A stretch of DNA of 64,000 nucleotides. It comes from Vitrella brassicaformis CCMP3155 (taxonomy: Eukaryota; Protista; Chromerida). Shown here in pieces: positions 24,901 to 37,928 of this stretch. The number at the start of each line of letters is the position of its first letter. Position 1 is the first letter of the stretch. Made by a program: the position numbers and the translations under genes. The notes below the pieces were generated by a model, which made no database searches, had not been told where the DNA came from, and saw only the letters and a program-made list of their open reading frames with translations. The stretch covers positions 24,416 to 88,415 of the forward strand of contig CDMY01000396.1 of assembly GCA_001179505.1 (NCBI GenBank), in the 5' to 3' direction.

Positions 24901-25200
24901 NNNNNNNNNNNNNNNNNNNNNNNNNNNNNNNNNNNNNNNNNNNNNNNNNNNNNNNNNNNNNNNNNNNNNNNNNNNNNNNNNNNNNNNNNNNNNNNNNNNN
25001 NNNNNNNNNNNNNNNNNNNNNNNNNNNNNNNNNNNNNNNNNNNNNNNNNNNNNNNNNNNNNNNNNNNNNNNNNNNNNNNNNNNNNNNNNNNNNNNNNNNN
25101 NNNNNNNNNNNNNNNNNNNNNNNNNNNNNNNNNNNNNNNNNNNNNNNNNNNNNNNNNNNNNNNNNNNNNNNNNNNNNNNNNNNNNNNNNNNNNNNNNNNN
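24901..25200. other. Assembly gap (300 N) between two near-identical ~1.1-kb segments
   Basis: 23779-24900 is repeated at 25201-26311. Confidence 0.9.
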
Positions 25201-25856
25201 CTTCGGCAGAGCATCCCCATCCCCCTTCGTCCACGGCGGACGATGCTGCTCTCGACTTCCTGACGGACGCGGTGCCGTCGATGCGAGATGACCCGGCCGC
25301 CGTGTACGAGGGCAAGGTCAAGGGGCGAGTGATGCGGCTGGACAACCAGCCCAGCAAGAAGCAGCAGCAGGGAGAGCCCAAGGCCAAGCAGAAGCCACCA
25401 CGGCGGCTCACCAAGATGAGCAACAACGAGGCCAGGAGACGGGGCCTCTACGACTTGCAAGACGGCACACTGAGTTATGCCGACTGCCTCCCCCTGAATG
25501 AGTTGTGGAGCCAGTACGCCGAGCAGCTGATGCACGAGCGGCTGCCCATCACCGAGAGGGGCAGCCGGCTGGCGGCGGCCGACCTGCATGGCGCATTTGT
25601 GAGAGTGGACAAGGCCAGGGTGCCGAGTTACATCGGTCTTGACGGCATTATCGTGCAGGAGACCGAGCAGACGATTCGGCTGATGTGCCAGGACAGCCGC
25701 CTTCGCACGGTGGTCAAGGGCCAGGTGGTGCTGAGTGTGGTCGTGCTGGGCGTCAAGTACTTTCTGCATGGCCCGCAGCTGGCCTACCGGCCTAGTGTCC
25801 GCTCCAAAGTCAAATTCAAGCCGACCACCAAGGGCCTGGGGCTCGGCTGGCTCTGA
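25201..25856 (+). CDS. POP4: POP4/Rpp29 copy 3 (5' end in the gap); may be an allele or uncollapsed haplotype of copy 2
   Basis: Same ORF and same 3' flank as copy 2, but 7 diagnostic sites match copy 1. Confidence 0.6.
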
Positions 25857-26458
25857 ATGAATGGATGGATGAATGAAGGGAGGGAGGGAGGGAGGGAGGT
25901 GTGATATCCTTCGTGTCTACGCTACCGCTATGCTTGGCTGCACTGAAATGTACTGTATAGCTAAGAGATTCTCAAGTGTCTTGCTGGAGTGGAGTGGTGT
26001 ATGAAAGAAAGGCGCTGGACACGGCGGAGGTGTGGCGTTCATTCCGTGTGTGTGTGTGTGTGTGTGAACCACGGTTGTGCTTTCCTATCACACCATGAAT
26101 CGATTGGAGTCGAATACCTCACGACACCTACATACATATATCCAGTACAGACAGACAGACAGACACGGACACCGCGTCAAGTACTCTTATTTGTTTTTTC
26201 CTGCATGGATCACGAGCACGGGTGCTTGACCACCAACCAACTGAATGTATGTGTGTGTGTGTGTGTACACACCTACTCGATCTGTGCAGGTATGGATGCG
26301 TATACTGTGTACTTGCTCGCCTCAGCTCTAGTGCGTGACACAACTCAGCACCGATTTCAGGGTTTGACAAACCCTGCACCCGACCTGCACCCCTTAACCC
26401 ATCTCGCCGACCGGGCGGTTGGCCTTCATCTCTCGCGAATGCCGCCGTCTCTTTCATC

Positions 26459-27396
26459 ATGAATATGTCCGGCGCGAAGAGGAAAAGAGAGACAACACCT
26501 CCATCAGATGGAGCCCAGGTGCATGCCCAGCGACCAGATCCAGCCACTCCATGTCGCATGTTTTGTTTGGTGTGGTTGGCTGATTGGATTGGTTGCGTCA
26601 TGCAGCTACGGGCGGACGCGAAGGCCATGTTGGACAGCCTCGCGAAGCTCGAGGGCATCCACTCAGAAGTGAGCGCATGTGAAGGCTGACACTCACAAGC
26701 CAACCAACTCGTTAATTCATTTTCATTGTTCGTCAGATCTACGAGAGGCTTCAACGGGTGGACGAGCATGCATTCAACATCGCCGCCGAGCATGTGAGTG
26801 ACACAGTAAGTGATAGGGCCTGGAGTGATTTCTTTCTATCAGCTTAATTACCATTGTCGGTCGATTGTGTCGTTCCTTGCAGTCATCCACCGTCAATGAG
26901 TTGATGCGGCATCAGCTTCGCGTGCAGATGTCGTTTCTGTCTGCGTTCCTGGCCGCCGCCACGGGGCAGCTGACCCAGCTTGAGCCACAGCTGAGTACAG
27001 CGGTGGAGGCACTCATTGCACCAGCTGTCGAGGCACGTGCCAACCAAAGGAAGGAGTTTAGGGCCTAAACCCTTGTGTTGCACATTGGTGTGTTTTGCTT
27101 GTTTGTTTGTTTGTTTGTCTTGTCAGGCCACGTTTAGTTTGATTCACACTTCCCAGCAGCCAGTGGCCGACGACGCGCCGGTAAGACAAACACACATAGC
27201 CACCGAACAGCCCGCCCGTCGCTCACTCTCATTTATTACGCCTGCCTGCCTGCCTGCGTGTGGTGTTCATCTCATCCAGGCTGGTCATCGCTCGTCTGTG
27301 GAGGAGCTCTCCCATGTTTTCGGGTTCGTCCACCCGTGGCAGCAGGCCCTCCTCGCCCCCTCAGTGCCGATCTTCCTCCAGGCGGCCGCACTTTGA
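26459..27396 (+). CDS. Multi-exon hypothetical protein
   Basis: Exons MSGAKRKRETTPPSDGAQ | LRADAKAMLDSLAKLEGIHSE | SSTVNELMRHQL... | AGHRSSVEELSHVFGFVHPW with canonical splice sites. NLS-like KRKR. Confidence 0.55.
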
Positions 27397-27601
27397 TGAC
27401 AAGCAGCGAGATTTGACTCTTTGATGACAAGATTTGCTCTTTGATGACACAACATGATCCCATCAATGCGATATGATTGTCAGGCCATGTAAAACACGTT
27501 GAGGTCTGGCATTGGGGCAGTGTGCAGCCGGATGTCGTTGTCAAGTGGTGTATGGGTTTGTGTGGGTCTGTGCGACTCGTGACTTGACGCGCGACGATGA
27601 C

Positions 27602-29178
27602 TCATGTGCCCATGTGGTAGTGTAGCTGCACCTGATGATTAAACAGACAGCGACACACATCTGCACCCTCACCCGCCACCACACACCATCACTCACCATC
27701 TCTGCCCGCAATGCAGCACACGCCTGTTTTGCGCCATCGCTCCCGCCGTAGTCACAGGGGTGGAATGGGCTGGATTGCTTCTGCTGCTTGTTCTGTTGCC
27801 ACTGAGCGTACCAGAACTTGCCCTGCTTATGCCAGTGCACGCCCGTGATTCCACTCTTGGGTGGTGCCCACCCGCCGCCCCTCTCCGTCCTGTCCCCCCA
27901 CACCTGCTTGGCCAGTGCCTCGGCTGCTTCCTGAACCATGGATGCGTCGATTCGTTCATCAGACTCGGCTGGCGGATGGTTCTCTCCCACCCACCTGTGC
28001 CTCCTTCATCCCCATCTTCAGGACGCAGAATTCCTTGATGTAACGATTCTCATCACCGGGCGCCTGCACTTTCCACTGGTTGTTAGTCGAGTCGAAGGTC
28101 ACACCGGGCTGGCGGGACTTGTACACTCCAGACGGGATGATGGTCATGTTGTTGGGTCTGGTCGACGTCATGGGTTCGAGGGGGACGGATGGAGCGGGAT
28201 GCTTGTGGGGCATCATGTCGGACTCAGTGCGAGGGGGCATGACTGCACAGAAACCAGAGCAAGTAATGGGGACTTGTCATTCCGTGCACTGCACTGCCGT
28301 GGGCGACCTCACCGGCATTGATAGCGCGGCGCTCCCGTCTGTCCTTGAGGTCAACCCATCGACGACGCTTCTACACAGAAACGGACCATCACATCCATAC
28401 AAATGTGTGCGTCTGCCTCTCCTGAATGTCTTACCTCAGCACGACGGTCTGGATTGCCTTCTTCCTCGGCAGCGGCCGCACACTCAGACTCACCCTGCCA
28501 ACATATACACACACACACACACACACGCATGAGACATATGTTACACCAATCCATCCGCACCTCCCAGGTGAGTGCGGCCCTTTCCTCACCTTGTTGCTCG
28601 GTCCAGCTCCCTCCTCTTACGCCCTCCCGCCTCACGCCCTCCGGCCTTACGCCTTCCCGCCTTACGCCCTCCCACGCTCCTGCCCGCTGCCTTGTTTGCC
28701 GTTTTGCGGCTCTTCTTTGCCCTCCCTCGGCGGCCCGATGCCTTCTCCTCCTCCTCCTCCTCCTCCTCCTCGCTGGATGCCTCGTCAGCGCCGCCCTCCC
28801 ACTCCTCGTCATCCCCCACACCCGCTGTGCGGTGCCGCTTATTGACCTTCTTGTGGGCCAGCAGGGCACTCAATGGGTATTCGTCCTCGTCTGGACCGTC
28901 CAGCTCCATGCTCACTGAGATCTTCTCGCAGCGGTGTGTCGGGGGCTGATGCAGCGATGGCCAGCTGGGCGGCGGCGGCGGCGGCTCTGCGGGTAATCGG
29001 GGGGCCGGGAATGGCTGCGGCGTCAGGTATGTCGGACACATGGTGGTGCTGAACACCTTCTCCCCCCTTAATCACACTGCCACGTGCTCTGTCGACCGCC
29101 ATTTGGTGAATGTGACGGGCACTGGGCACCGCAGCGAAGACGGCCCCGTCCCAGAGGTCCATAGAAGCCTCATCCATG
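27602..29178 (-). CDS. ApiAP2 transcription factor with two AP2 domains
   Basis: YKSRQPGVTFDSTNNQWKVQ...KEFCVLKMGMKEAQ and PKSGITGVHWHKQGKFWYAQWQQ...FHPCDYGGSDGAKQACAALRAEM, plus a basic/acidic N-terminal region. Both ends approximate. Confidence 0.75.
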
Positions 29179-29258
29179 GTGAGGGAAAACAGCCGACAGA
29201 GCCATGCGTAAATACATTCCAACATATAAGCTCGCAGATCAGTGGCAACAGAGCAAGA

Positions 29259-32200
29259 ATGGCTGATGAGGAAGATGACCGACCCATCTATGCTGGCCTC
29301 CCGCCACCGGCGCCACAGAGCGAGGATTCCGACGTCTATCCGGCTGGCGCTCTTCGCACACTCGGGCAAGCACGGGCCGCGGTCGTCACGAAGCTTCGCT
29401 TTGTGATCGACCGCTGGTGCCCAGACGAGGTGCGGATCCCCATCTGGGCACATGTGCAGAAGCTGTGTCGACCGGGGATGGAAGTGACGGACTTCCTGGG
29501 CGGGATGTACCTCATGATCCTGTGAGCCGTGACACCACACACACGTAGATCATCCCGTCCTGTCCACACTGCTCTCTCTCGCCCCTATTGTGTGTGTGTG
29601 CAGAGGGGGTGTGGTGCCTCGGCTGCCGGACGACGCGCCGTACAAGTGGAGCCCGGACAAGCACGCCTTCGTCGAAAAGGGCGTCACGGAGCGGCGGCTT
29701 CCACCGGCGATGAAAGCCAGCAAGGTCCTTCCGGCCCAGGAATGGCACACCCATGCACTGGTAGGCTGCATTATGATGCCAACGGCTACATCGCTCGATC
29801 TCAAGGCCCATGTCCTGTGTGGCTGCAGGGCAAATTGGAACCTCTGTTCGAGGAGGCCTGCGGGAAGATGGCTCCTGATGCTAGGGACCGATGCATGGCC
29901 GGGTGGCGGCTCATGGCCGCAAGGCTCAGGGTCCCCGGTCTTCCCCCACTCGATGATCTCCTCAAGGATGCGTGTGAGAGCGAGGTCGAGCTCCTGTGGC
30001 CCCGCACACCCGAAGGTTCGATGTTCGTGCACTCTGAAGGCTGTACTCCATTGTTGATGTGTGTGCACATCAGAGTGCACGCGTGCCCGTGGCCGTGTGG
30101 GAGTGCTATGTGCAGTGGGTGCACTTGTCTTGGCCACCGGGCACCTTCCTGACGGCTTAGACAAGGACAAACTATCGCCATTGGTGCGGCTTACTGACTG
30201 ACACTAACACACACATTGATGGATGGATGGATGGACGGACTGACCGGGGTGTGTGTGTGTGTGTGTGTGTGTGTGGTATGTCAGGTGCATGATTTTCTCT
30301 GGGGCCTTGTATCTCTCCGTGAGAGCAGCGGCGGAAAGGATGCAGATGGTGACGTCAGGATGACTGCCGAGGTAGGGAGGGGCACAGAGCAGATGCACGT
30401 GCAAATGCATCATCACCATGCACACATGCTGTGTGTACGTGCAGGCAAGCTCGGCCGTGGTGGAGCCTGACGAGGACGCCCCCCTCACCACTCGGCTCAA
30501 CCGTACCTTATCAGGTGTCGTCAAGAGCACAGACTGACTTGGTTGCCAGTGTTACATCTGTGTGTGGGCATGTTCCCTAACAGCTTTGACAGTGATGGCC
30601 CAGCTTGCCGAGGTGGATCAGGTCCACAACCGATCTGTCGTCTACCGGTTGGAGAACACCATCGCGCTCAGCGCCACATCCCGTCGCGATCTTCTGCGCA
30701 ACATCAAGACAGGTCGGTGTGCATACGAACTGAGCCCATCGCCGCAAACCTATCCCCTCTCTCCGACAGGAATGGCCATGTTCACCGGCGCAACCATGCG
30801 TCAGCTGGGGCTCCTCACTGAGTCCAGCGCCGTCTTCATGTCGACACAGATCGCCATCAAGACGGAGGACGGGTCCGGACGCATCTCTGTCCCGGCTTGT
30901 GGGATGGAGGTTGCTGATTCGATGGCGACAGGCAAGCGGGACGAAATGGCTGGGACACTCTCCCTGTGGTCGTATTTCTGCTGCGTCTCTTTCAATGCCT
31001 TGTCAGGCGATGTGGGCCTCATCTGCTGGGCCAAGCCGGACGACTGGGGCGGAGGTCGTGTTTTGACAGTGGCGACGGTCGAACAGGAGGGCGTGGCCCG
31101 GCAGGTTTACAAGATGGACATCTTCCACGCCGTGTTGGCAAGTAGGCACGACGCAGAGGGAAAGAAAGCAGACATTTCAGCATGTCTCCATTTCGTCTGT
31201 TCTTGTCAGCAAAGGGCTATCCGTCCGATGCCGTCATGAAGCTGTTCATCCGCCTGTCCACAATCACTCATGTGGCGGTAGGCGACATCATATGGCCACG
31301 CACTCGGGCATTGTCATCTTTTCAGGTGTTTCACTTCGGCGATGGCGACGTCCATGGTCTCGAGATCGCACTCGCCATAGCCGCCCGGCTGGAGAGGCAT
31401 AAGGTCGACGTGCATTGGTGTGCTGTGACATGCCTGCAGGTCGAAATGTGGGCAGCGCAGGTGCGTCACAGGCTCACGTGCCTAGCCAGACAGCATGTGT
31501 GTGTCGGTGCCCTTCTTGATTGTCTTTTCGTCACCAGGCGAAGCTGGAACCCAAGGCGCTTAGCAAGAGCGACGAGAAGAAGGTGGATGCCATGCTGCGT
31601 GGGCCTACAGAGGGCCGCAAGAGTGCCGAGTATGCGGCGTACGAGGAGAAGCACGAGACGAAGGTAAGCACACACCGAGCTACACATGGCGCCCTCACAC
31701 ATCCCACCTGCGGTGCATGTCAGCTGTTCAAGAAGTGTGTCAAGGGCCAGCTGGAGACCATCCTAAAGACGCAGCAACAGATGAAGCTAGATGTGAGTGG
31801 ATCGGAGATGAACATACATGTGGGCACTGTTTCTCCTGCTCTGTAGATGGTATTTGACAAGGTGGACGAGGGGGTGTTGAAGAAGGCCTTTCAGCAGTTG
31901 AAGGACAAGAGGCTGGCTGAGGACGCCGCTGAGAACAATGAGAGGATGTAGGGGTGGTGTGAGACGGTCGTTTAGGTGTGACATCAGACGTCTATCTGCA
32001 TGAGAATGAAAGACTCGTCAAGGGCTGGAAGGGCGACTGGCCATCGCAGGTGCAGCGATACTGCACCCACCTGACCATCGACTGCCAAGACCCGCGCACA
32101 AGAGACCTGTGGACGGCCATGCCATTGGAGGGCGCGTACGAGTGGGGCAAGAGGGCGGTGCGGCTGAGGCATCTGAAGGTCCGCTATCCCTCCAGTCGGC

Positions 32201-33942
32201 CCAAGTGGTGTCTGGGCGTGTGGATGAGTATCTGTGAGGGTCACGCAAGCGGCCGGGCAGCACTGGTGGCCGAGAAGAAGAAGCAGCAGGAGAGCCACGG
32301 CAACGGTGCGGCAGCGGAGCTGGCCGACCAGGGCACACTGGAGGTGTTATCGTTCGAGAGCGTGGCGCTGCGGCAGAGAGCTGGCGTCATGTGTGAAGTG
32401 GTCCCCGTCCCCGCCTCCCTCGTCCATCTGCCAGCCCTCAAGACCGTCACTTCCCTGCCGAGTGAGTGTGCACCGGCGCGTGTCGACAGGCAGTGGTCCA
32501 CCCCCAACCTCGCCACACTCAGCATCACCGGCTGCCAGAAGCTCGACACAGAGGGTGGGCGGGCGTGGCTGGAGGGATGTCATCGGCTGGAGGATCTTGA
32601 CCTGAGTGGGATAGACGAGGAGGACGGCAAGGGCAAACGGCTGGTGGAGGTCCTCAGTGGTGCCTTCCCGCCCGACGGCAAGTGCCTCGCGAGTCTGCGG
32701 TCACTGCGTGGCGTTGACGTGTCCGCTGCAGAGAAGTCCGGCCATCATCCCTTTTTCCCGGAGATCGACAGTGTGCGGGAGACGCTGGTGCAGCGAGGGG
32801 TCAGGCGTACACTCAAGCATATTGACTTGAGTCGCCTGCTGCCGATGGAGCTGCTCAACAGTGACGAGTGTCGGGTGCGGGTCGGCACAGTGGCTGACCT
32901 GATGTAAGTCAGACACGCACACGCACAGCCAGCCAGCCAGCCAGCCATCTGTCTCTGCATGTTCGTCGCTGTAACGTAATCAGGGGTGCCATCATGCATG
33001 GTGATTTCCTTTCCGACGAGCCACGAGCTTTCCATACGGATCACGAAGTCGTCATCGCCGCCGAGGTATTCGTCCTCTGGGCCCGTGTGTACTACGTGGG
33101 CACTCACCGCTCGCAGTGCGTCAAGAAGATCATCGCCGACGTGGCCGCTCAGGCAGGGACGGTGGTCTACTCGGGGAATAGCGACCCGTCGGCGGCCACC
33201 TGCATCTCATTCGACACCTTCCCAAAGGCGCACACTTTCGAGATGGCTTGGAGTGCTCTGGCGTCGGAAGAGGAGCGCGCGACGGCCGTCGACATCGCCT
33301 GCTCCCTCCCGAACTTGTCTCGTGTCGAGGTGGGCTCTCAACATCGGCCCCTGACGTCAGGTGCCGGTGCCGGCGTCGTTGCTTTCCTGACGAAGATCAA
33401 GCCCCTCGGGAGCATCGACTTGACCATCCACACGACGAGCGCATCGGTCATGTCGACGGCTGGTGGCGGGCGAGAGTGGGAGCTGGGCAGACATGCGGCG
33501 TATATTTCGCCCATCGAGAACCTGCATCTCAAAGTCTACGGTACCTGAGATGGATCGATGGGTGGATGGATCAATGGATGGATGTGTGCATGCGCATGTG
33601 TGTGTTTCGCAGGCGTCACAGCTGCAGGCGTCAATGTTGATGCTGAAGACTTCTATGGCTGTGTGCTGGCGATGCTGGCATCCTCAACCGACCTGGAGGT
33701 ACGCCGACAAAGAGTGCAATTTCCCGCTGGCCAGCGGCCACAAGTTTTGTTGTGTCGTACTTGTTCAGTTCCACGTGAGCACCTCCATACGCATCGACGA
33801 CGCTGCCCTTCGCGCGTACCTCCACAAGCGCTTCCGAAGTCAGTACGGCCTGTTCAACCTTCAGCCGGGTCAAGAATACAAAGCGGAGTGTGCCGGCGAC
33901 GACCTGCTGCTTAAGCGCCGCAGAAGGCCGATGGATGGATAG
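29259..33942 (+). CDS. Large multi-exon lineage-specific protein with an LRR-like region (possibly two genes)
   Basis: Long GC3-rich exons; LPALKTVTSLP, PNLATLSITGCQKL, CHRLEDLDLSG, LASLRSLRGV. A plausible intron links 31947 to 31988. Confidence 0.55.
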
Positions 33943-34389
33943 GCACGCGGACTCACTGTTGACATATCGCATGCGACGAGATAAGGCGTGGGTGAGAGCG
34001 TCCAGCCAGCTGACGGCCTGTCCGCCGCCAGTGTCCGGTGATGGCGTTTTCCTGTTGCAATCGTTTTTCCCCTTCTTGCATTAGTGCATATTGTGTTTGT
34101 ATGTGTGAGTGTATATTTTGCAATAGCTGTGTGTTGGTATCGCACGACGTCTCGTGGCGGTGCCATGGGAATGATGCACGGTGCGGTGCAATCAGTTCTT
34201 TACTGTGCACGCACATCGACGAGTCCAGCACGAGACACACAGAGATCGGAGTAGCTAGAGCGACAAGCAGATGATCGCCAGTAGCACCAAATCAGCATCC
34301 AATTCACTTTGTTCACCAACCAACAGCTATCACAAGCCTCTCCTCCTCCCTCCTCCTTCCCCCCCCTCCATCCATCCATCACCATGACA

Positions 34390-34620
34390 TCACGCCTTGC
34401 ATGTTGCGAGTGTTCCCCTGGCGGCCGCCTCGTCCACCACTTGCTTGACGAAGTCGTTGGCCTCCAGCGTCCCTTTTGGCCTGTACTCCCGCATCAAATT
34501 GGCCTTGCGCATGATGCACCACAGAATCGGCACCAGGAACAGAAGGGCCGCACCAGCGACGAACACCACGCAGAAGAGCCACAAGTCGAGGCCGAACTCC
34601 TTCTCAACGGTTTTGGCCAT
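34390..34620 (-). CDS. Small single-pass membrane protein, ~76 aa
   Basis: MAKTVEKEFGLDLWLFCVVFVAGAALLFLVPILWCIMRKANLMREYRPK...; one TM helix followed by basic residues; GC3-rich codons; head-to-head with the amylase. Confidence 0.55.
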   Translation of the reverse strand: MAKTVEKEFGLDLWLFCVVFVAGAALLFLVPILWCIMRKANLMREYRPKGTLEANDFVKQVVDEAAARGTLATCKA

Positions 34621-34731
34621 CGGGGAAAACAGAACGACAGGAGGGAGGGAGAGGTGGGCGGGCCTGCCCCCCGCGGCCCCAATACGAAATAATAATACAA
34701 GGATTGAGGGCATCCTCCCAGAGAACGAGGT

Positions 34732-37700
34732 ATGCCGCCATGCCGCACAACGACGACAGGCAAAAGAAGCGACGCCATCTCCCCACCGTCTGCAAGCGAT
34801 GGCGGTGGCCGTGCCGACAGCTCAAGGCAACGTACAAGGACACAATCACGCCAACGACCACCATCATCCCGGCCATCCCCTTCCACCCCCTTCCGCCCCT
34901 CCCTCTTGCTGACGTCTTCCCTCCTGCTGCTGTCGTCATTTTGCCAAGCGAAGACTCGTGACGAGTGGGTGGATTCTCGCCGTGTGATTTATCAGGTGGT
35001 GACGGACCGCTTTGCCCTTGAGGGCGGGCAGCAGGGTACGAAGCAGGGGACGTGTTGGAAGGACGGCTGCGAGAACGGGGGCTACTGCGGCGGCACTTGG
35101 GCGGGGCTGCGGGAGCAGCTGGGGTACATCAAGGGCATGGGGTTCAACGCCATATGGATTTCCCCACACGTCCAAAACACCAAATGCGGCTACCATGGTG
35201 AGCGAGGGGGACGGACGGCCTGGTGAGCACAAAGTAGGGAGGCTGTGTGTGTGTGTGTGTTGTCGGCGTGTGTCAGGGTTTTGGCCGAAGAATTTCGCCG
35301 AGTTGAATGAGCATTTTGGGACGGAAGATGAACTGTACGCTCTGGTCAAGCGCGCCCACGACCTCGACATATGGATCGTCATGGACACAGGCAAGCGTGT
35401 GCATCAACGAGCCAACCAAAACATGATGGCCGACAGCGCGTGTGTCTATCATGACATGGCAGTGTTGAACCACATGAGCATGGAGGAGCCAATCGAGAAC
35501 TTGTGGCCCTTCAACGACACCGTCTACTACCGCGAGCACTGTCCCATGGACTACAACGACCGATACGCCGTCCGCCACTGCTGGCTCATGGGGCTCCCTG
35601 ACCTCAATGACGACATATACGCCGTCCGGTAGGCCTCTGTGCGCGCGTGAAAGTGACCGAAACTCACTCCTCCCGACCCACCCCTGTGTGTATTACCTCC
35701 CTGGCACGTGTGCAGGAAGTATCTGATAGACTGGGCGGAGCACCAGGTGCTCAAATACGAGTTTGACGGGTACCGGATGGACGCCATCGTGCACCTGCAG
35801 TACGACACGCTGGCCGAGGTGTGGGAGCGGCTGTCCAACCACACATTCACCATCGGGGAGGCCTTCATGCCGCTGGTCAAGGACATGGCCTGGTACCAAT
35901 TCAACAAGTGGAAGCAACGGCAGCTCATGGATGGGGTCAGTCAGTGAGTGAATGGCTGGTGTGGTGGATGGATCGCCGTCCATCCATCCACTGTGGGTGT
36001 GAGTTGGGTTGGGGTGGTCTTCAGGTGACGAACTACCCGATGGCCATTCAGCTGCGGAAGAGCTTCGGGCAGAAGGAGAGCCTCTATGGCGTCAAGTGGA
36101 TCTGGGGAGAGCTCATGAAGGAAGTCAGGTACGCACACACGCAGACCAGACCCACACACACCTGCACCGTCCACCCGCCCCACCCAGCGACCGCCATCCC
36201 TTCACCTATCGTCCGTCTCAGGGACGTCAGCGCGTTGGCCTTGTTTGTGGAGTCCCACGACATGAAGCGGTTCCTCAACATGCAGCCCGACTGGACCCTC
36301 TTCACCAATGCGCTCACATGGATACTCGCCGCCGACAACATTCCCATCGTCTACTACGGCTCCGAGCAGGCAATGACTAACGGTACGGTCAGCGGGAAAT
36401 GGGAAGGAGACGCACATTTCGGGGGGAAGGATGTGTAGGTGTGGGTGTGGGTGTGTGTTGCTATCAGGTCATCGAGAGCCGCTGTGGTACAAGGGCTATG
36501 ACCAGGAGGCCGTCTACTACGAGCTAATCAGGCGGATGATCACACACAGGGTCGCAGGGGTGTTCGACGGACCACAGCAAGAGAGACACGTACGCAGGAC
36601 ATCCATGAACACCCCAAACACACCTTGCCCACTTCGCCGTCTCTGCAGGTAGAGGATTGGCTGTACGTGTATTCCCGCAACAACACCCTAGTCGTCACGT
36701 CCAACCTCGGCTCCGGCAAGGGTAACCAGCGGTTCATCCCCACGGCCGAGCTGCCCCCCTCCTACACCAAAGACACCGTCCTCTGCAATGTCCTCACCGA
36801 CACGTGCGACACGACCGTGCAGGCCGGCGGGCTAGAGGTGGTCATCCACAATGGGCAGCCACTCGTGCTGGTGCCGCAGGAGCAGTTGATCCCCTACACC
36901 GAGCCGGAGATATTCGGGGAGGCGCCGATTGACGACGACAGTGAGGAGAGTGAGGAGAGTGAGGAGAGTGAGGAGGGTGTGGGTGTGGATGAGGGCGGAG
37001 ATGACGGTGGGTACGAGTACTACGGCGATGGGGCGTATGGAGACTACTATGGCGCCTCGCAGGCCCCGCTGGTCGACGAGTACTACGGCGACCTGCAGAA
37101 GGAGATCGACGAGGTCCTGCAGGAGCAGGAGGGAGACATCACCACCACCATTTCCAGCACCCCTCTCCCCACCAGCAGCAGCAGCAGCACCACACCCATT
37201 CCAACCGATGGCATCATGGCCACCCAACGGACAGCCGATGACATCCCAACATTAGCGCCCATCGACATGGAGGAGGAGGAACAACAAGAAGACGAGGAGG
37301 ACGGCAGCAGCACCGACACAGCAACAGAGACCGACGGAGACGGAGACGGATGGGCCACCCGCGGGTTAGAGGAGCACTGCTTCGAGTATGCTGACTACCT
37401 GGGCAACGACGTAGGCGGCGTGAAGGTGTCATCGCCCAAGGGGTGTCAGCTGGCGTGTCAGGAGGACGACCGTTGTCTGTTCTTCACCTATTTGCCGCGG
37501 TTCACGGAGATGTCGAGTGTCAACTGCTGGCTCAAGGCCACCGACCAAGGGAGGGTAATCAGGTGGGGCGGCGACACCCCATCCGTCTCGGGGCCCAAGA
37601 CATGCCGTATGCCCTGCACACACACACACACACACAGACACACAGACAGAGAGACAGACCGAGAGGGAGGGCGGCAGGGATGGATGAATGGATGTGTGTG

Positions 37701-37928
37701 TGTGTGTGGTGTGTGCAGCCACGAGCAGTGTGGTTGGTGTGGAGATGTCAGTGGAGGACGACAACGGCCCCAGCATTCCCAGGGAGATACCCCCTGACCC
37801 TGGTTAGTCGAGCAAAGAGACACCACTGGTTGACTCATCGATGAGTGTTGTGTTGTGTTGTGTGTGGTGTGGGTGCAGCGTACATGGCATCTTTGCGGAA
37901 GAGGCAACAGCAGGGCGGCAGCACGTGA
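34732..37928 (+). CDS. GH13 alpha-amylase (fungal Taka-amylase-like) with an acidic/Thr linker and a C-terminal PAN/apple domain
   Basis: IYQVVTDRFA; YCGGTW; GFNAIWISP; VLNHM; catalytic GYRMDAIVH (D), TIGEAF (E), FVESHD (D); IPIVYYGSEQ. PAN domain CFEYADYLGND...CQLACQEDDRCLFFTY...CWLK...SGPKTC. Confidence 0.9.

Noticed and set aside
23779-26311. True tandem duplication of POP4 and its 3' flank
   Set aside because: Not accepted as established: the near-identical flanks abut a 300-N gap, typical of uncollapsed haplotypes. Only the mosaic SNP tract is reported.
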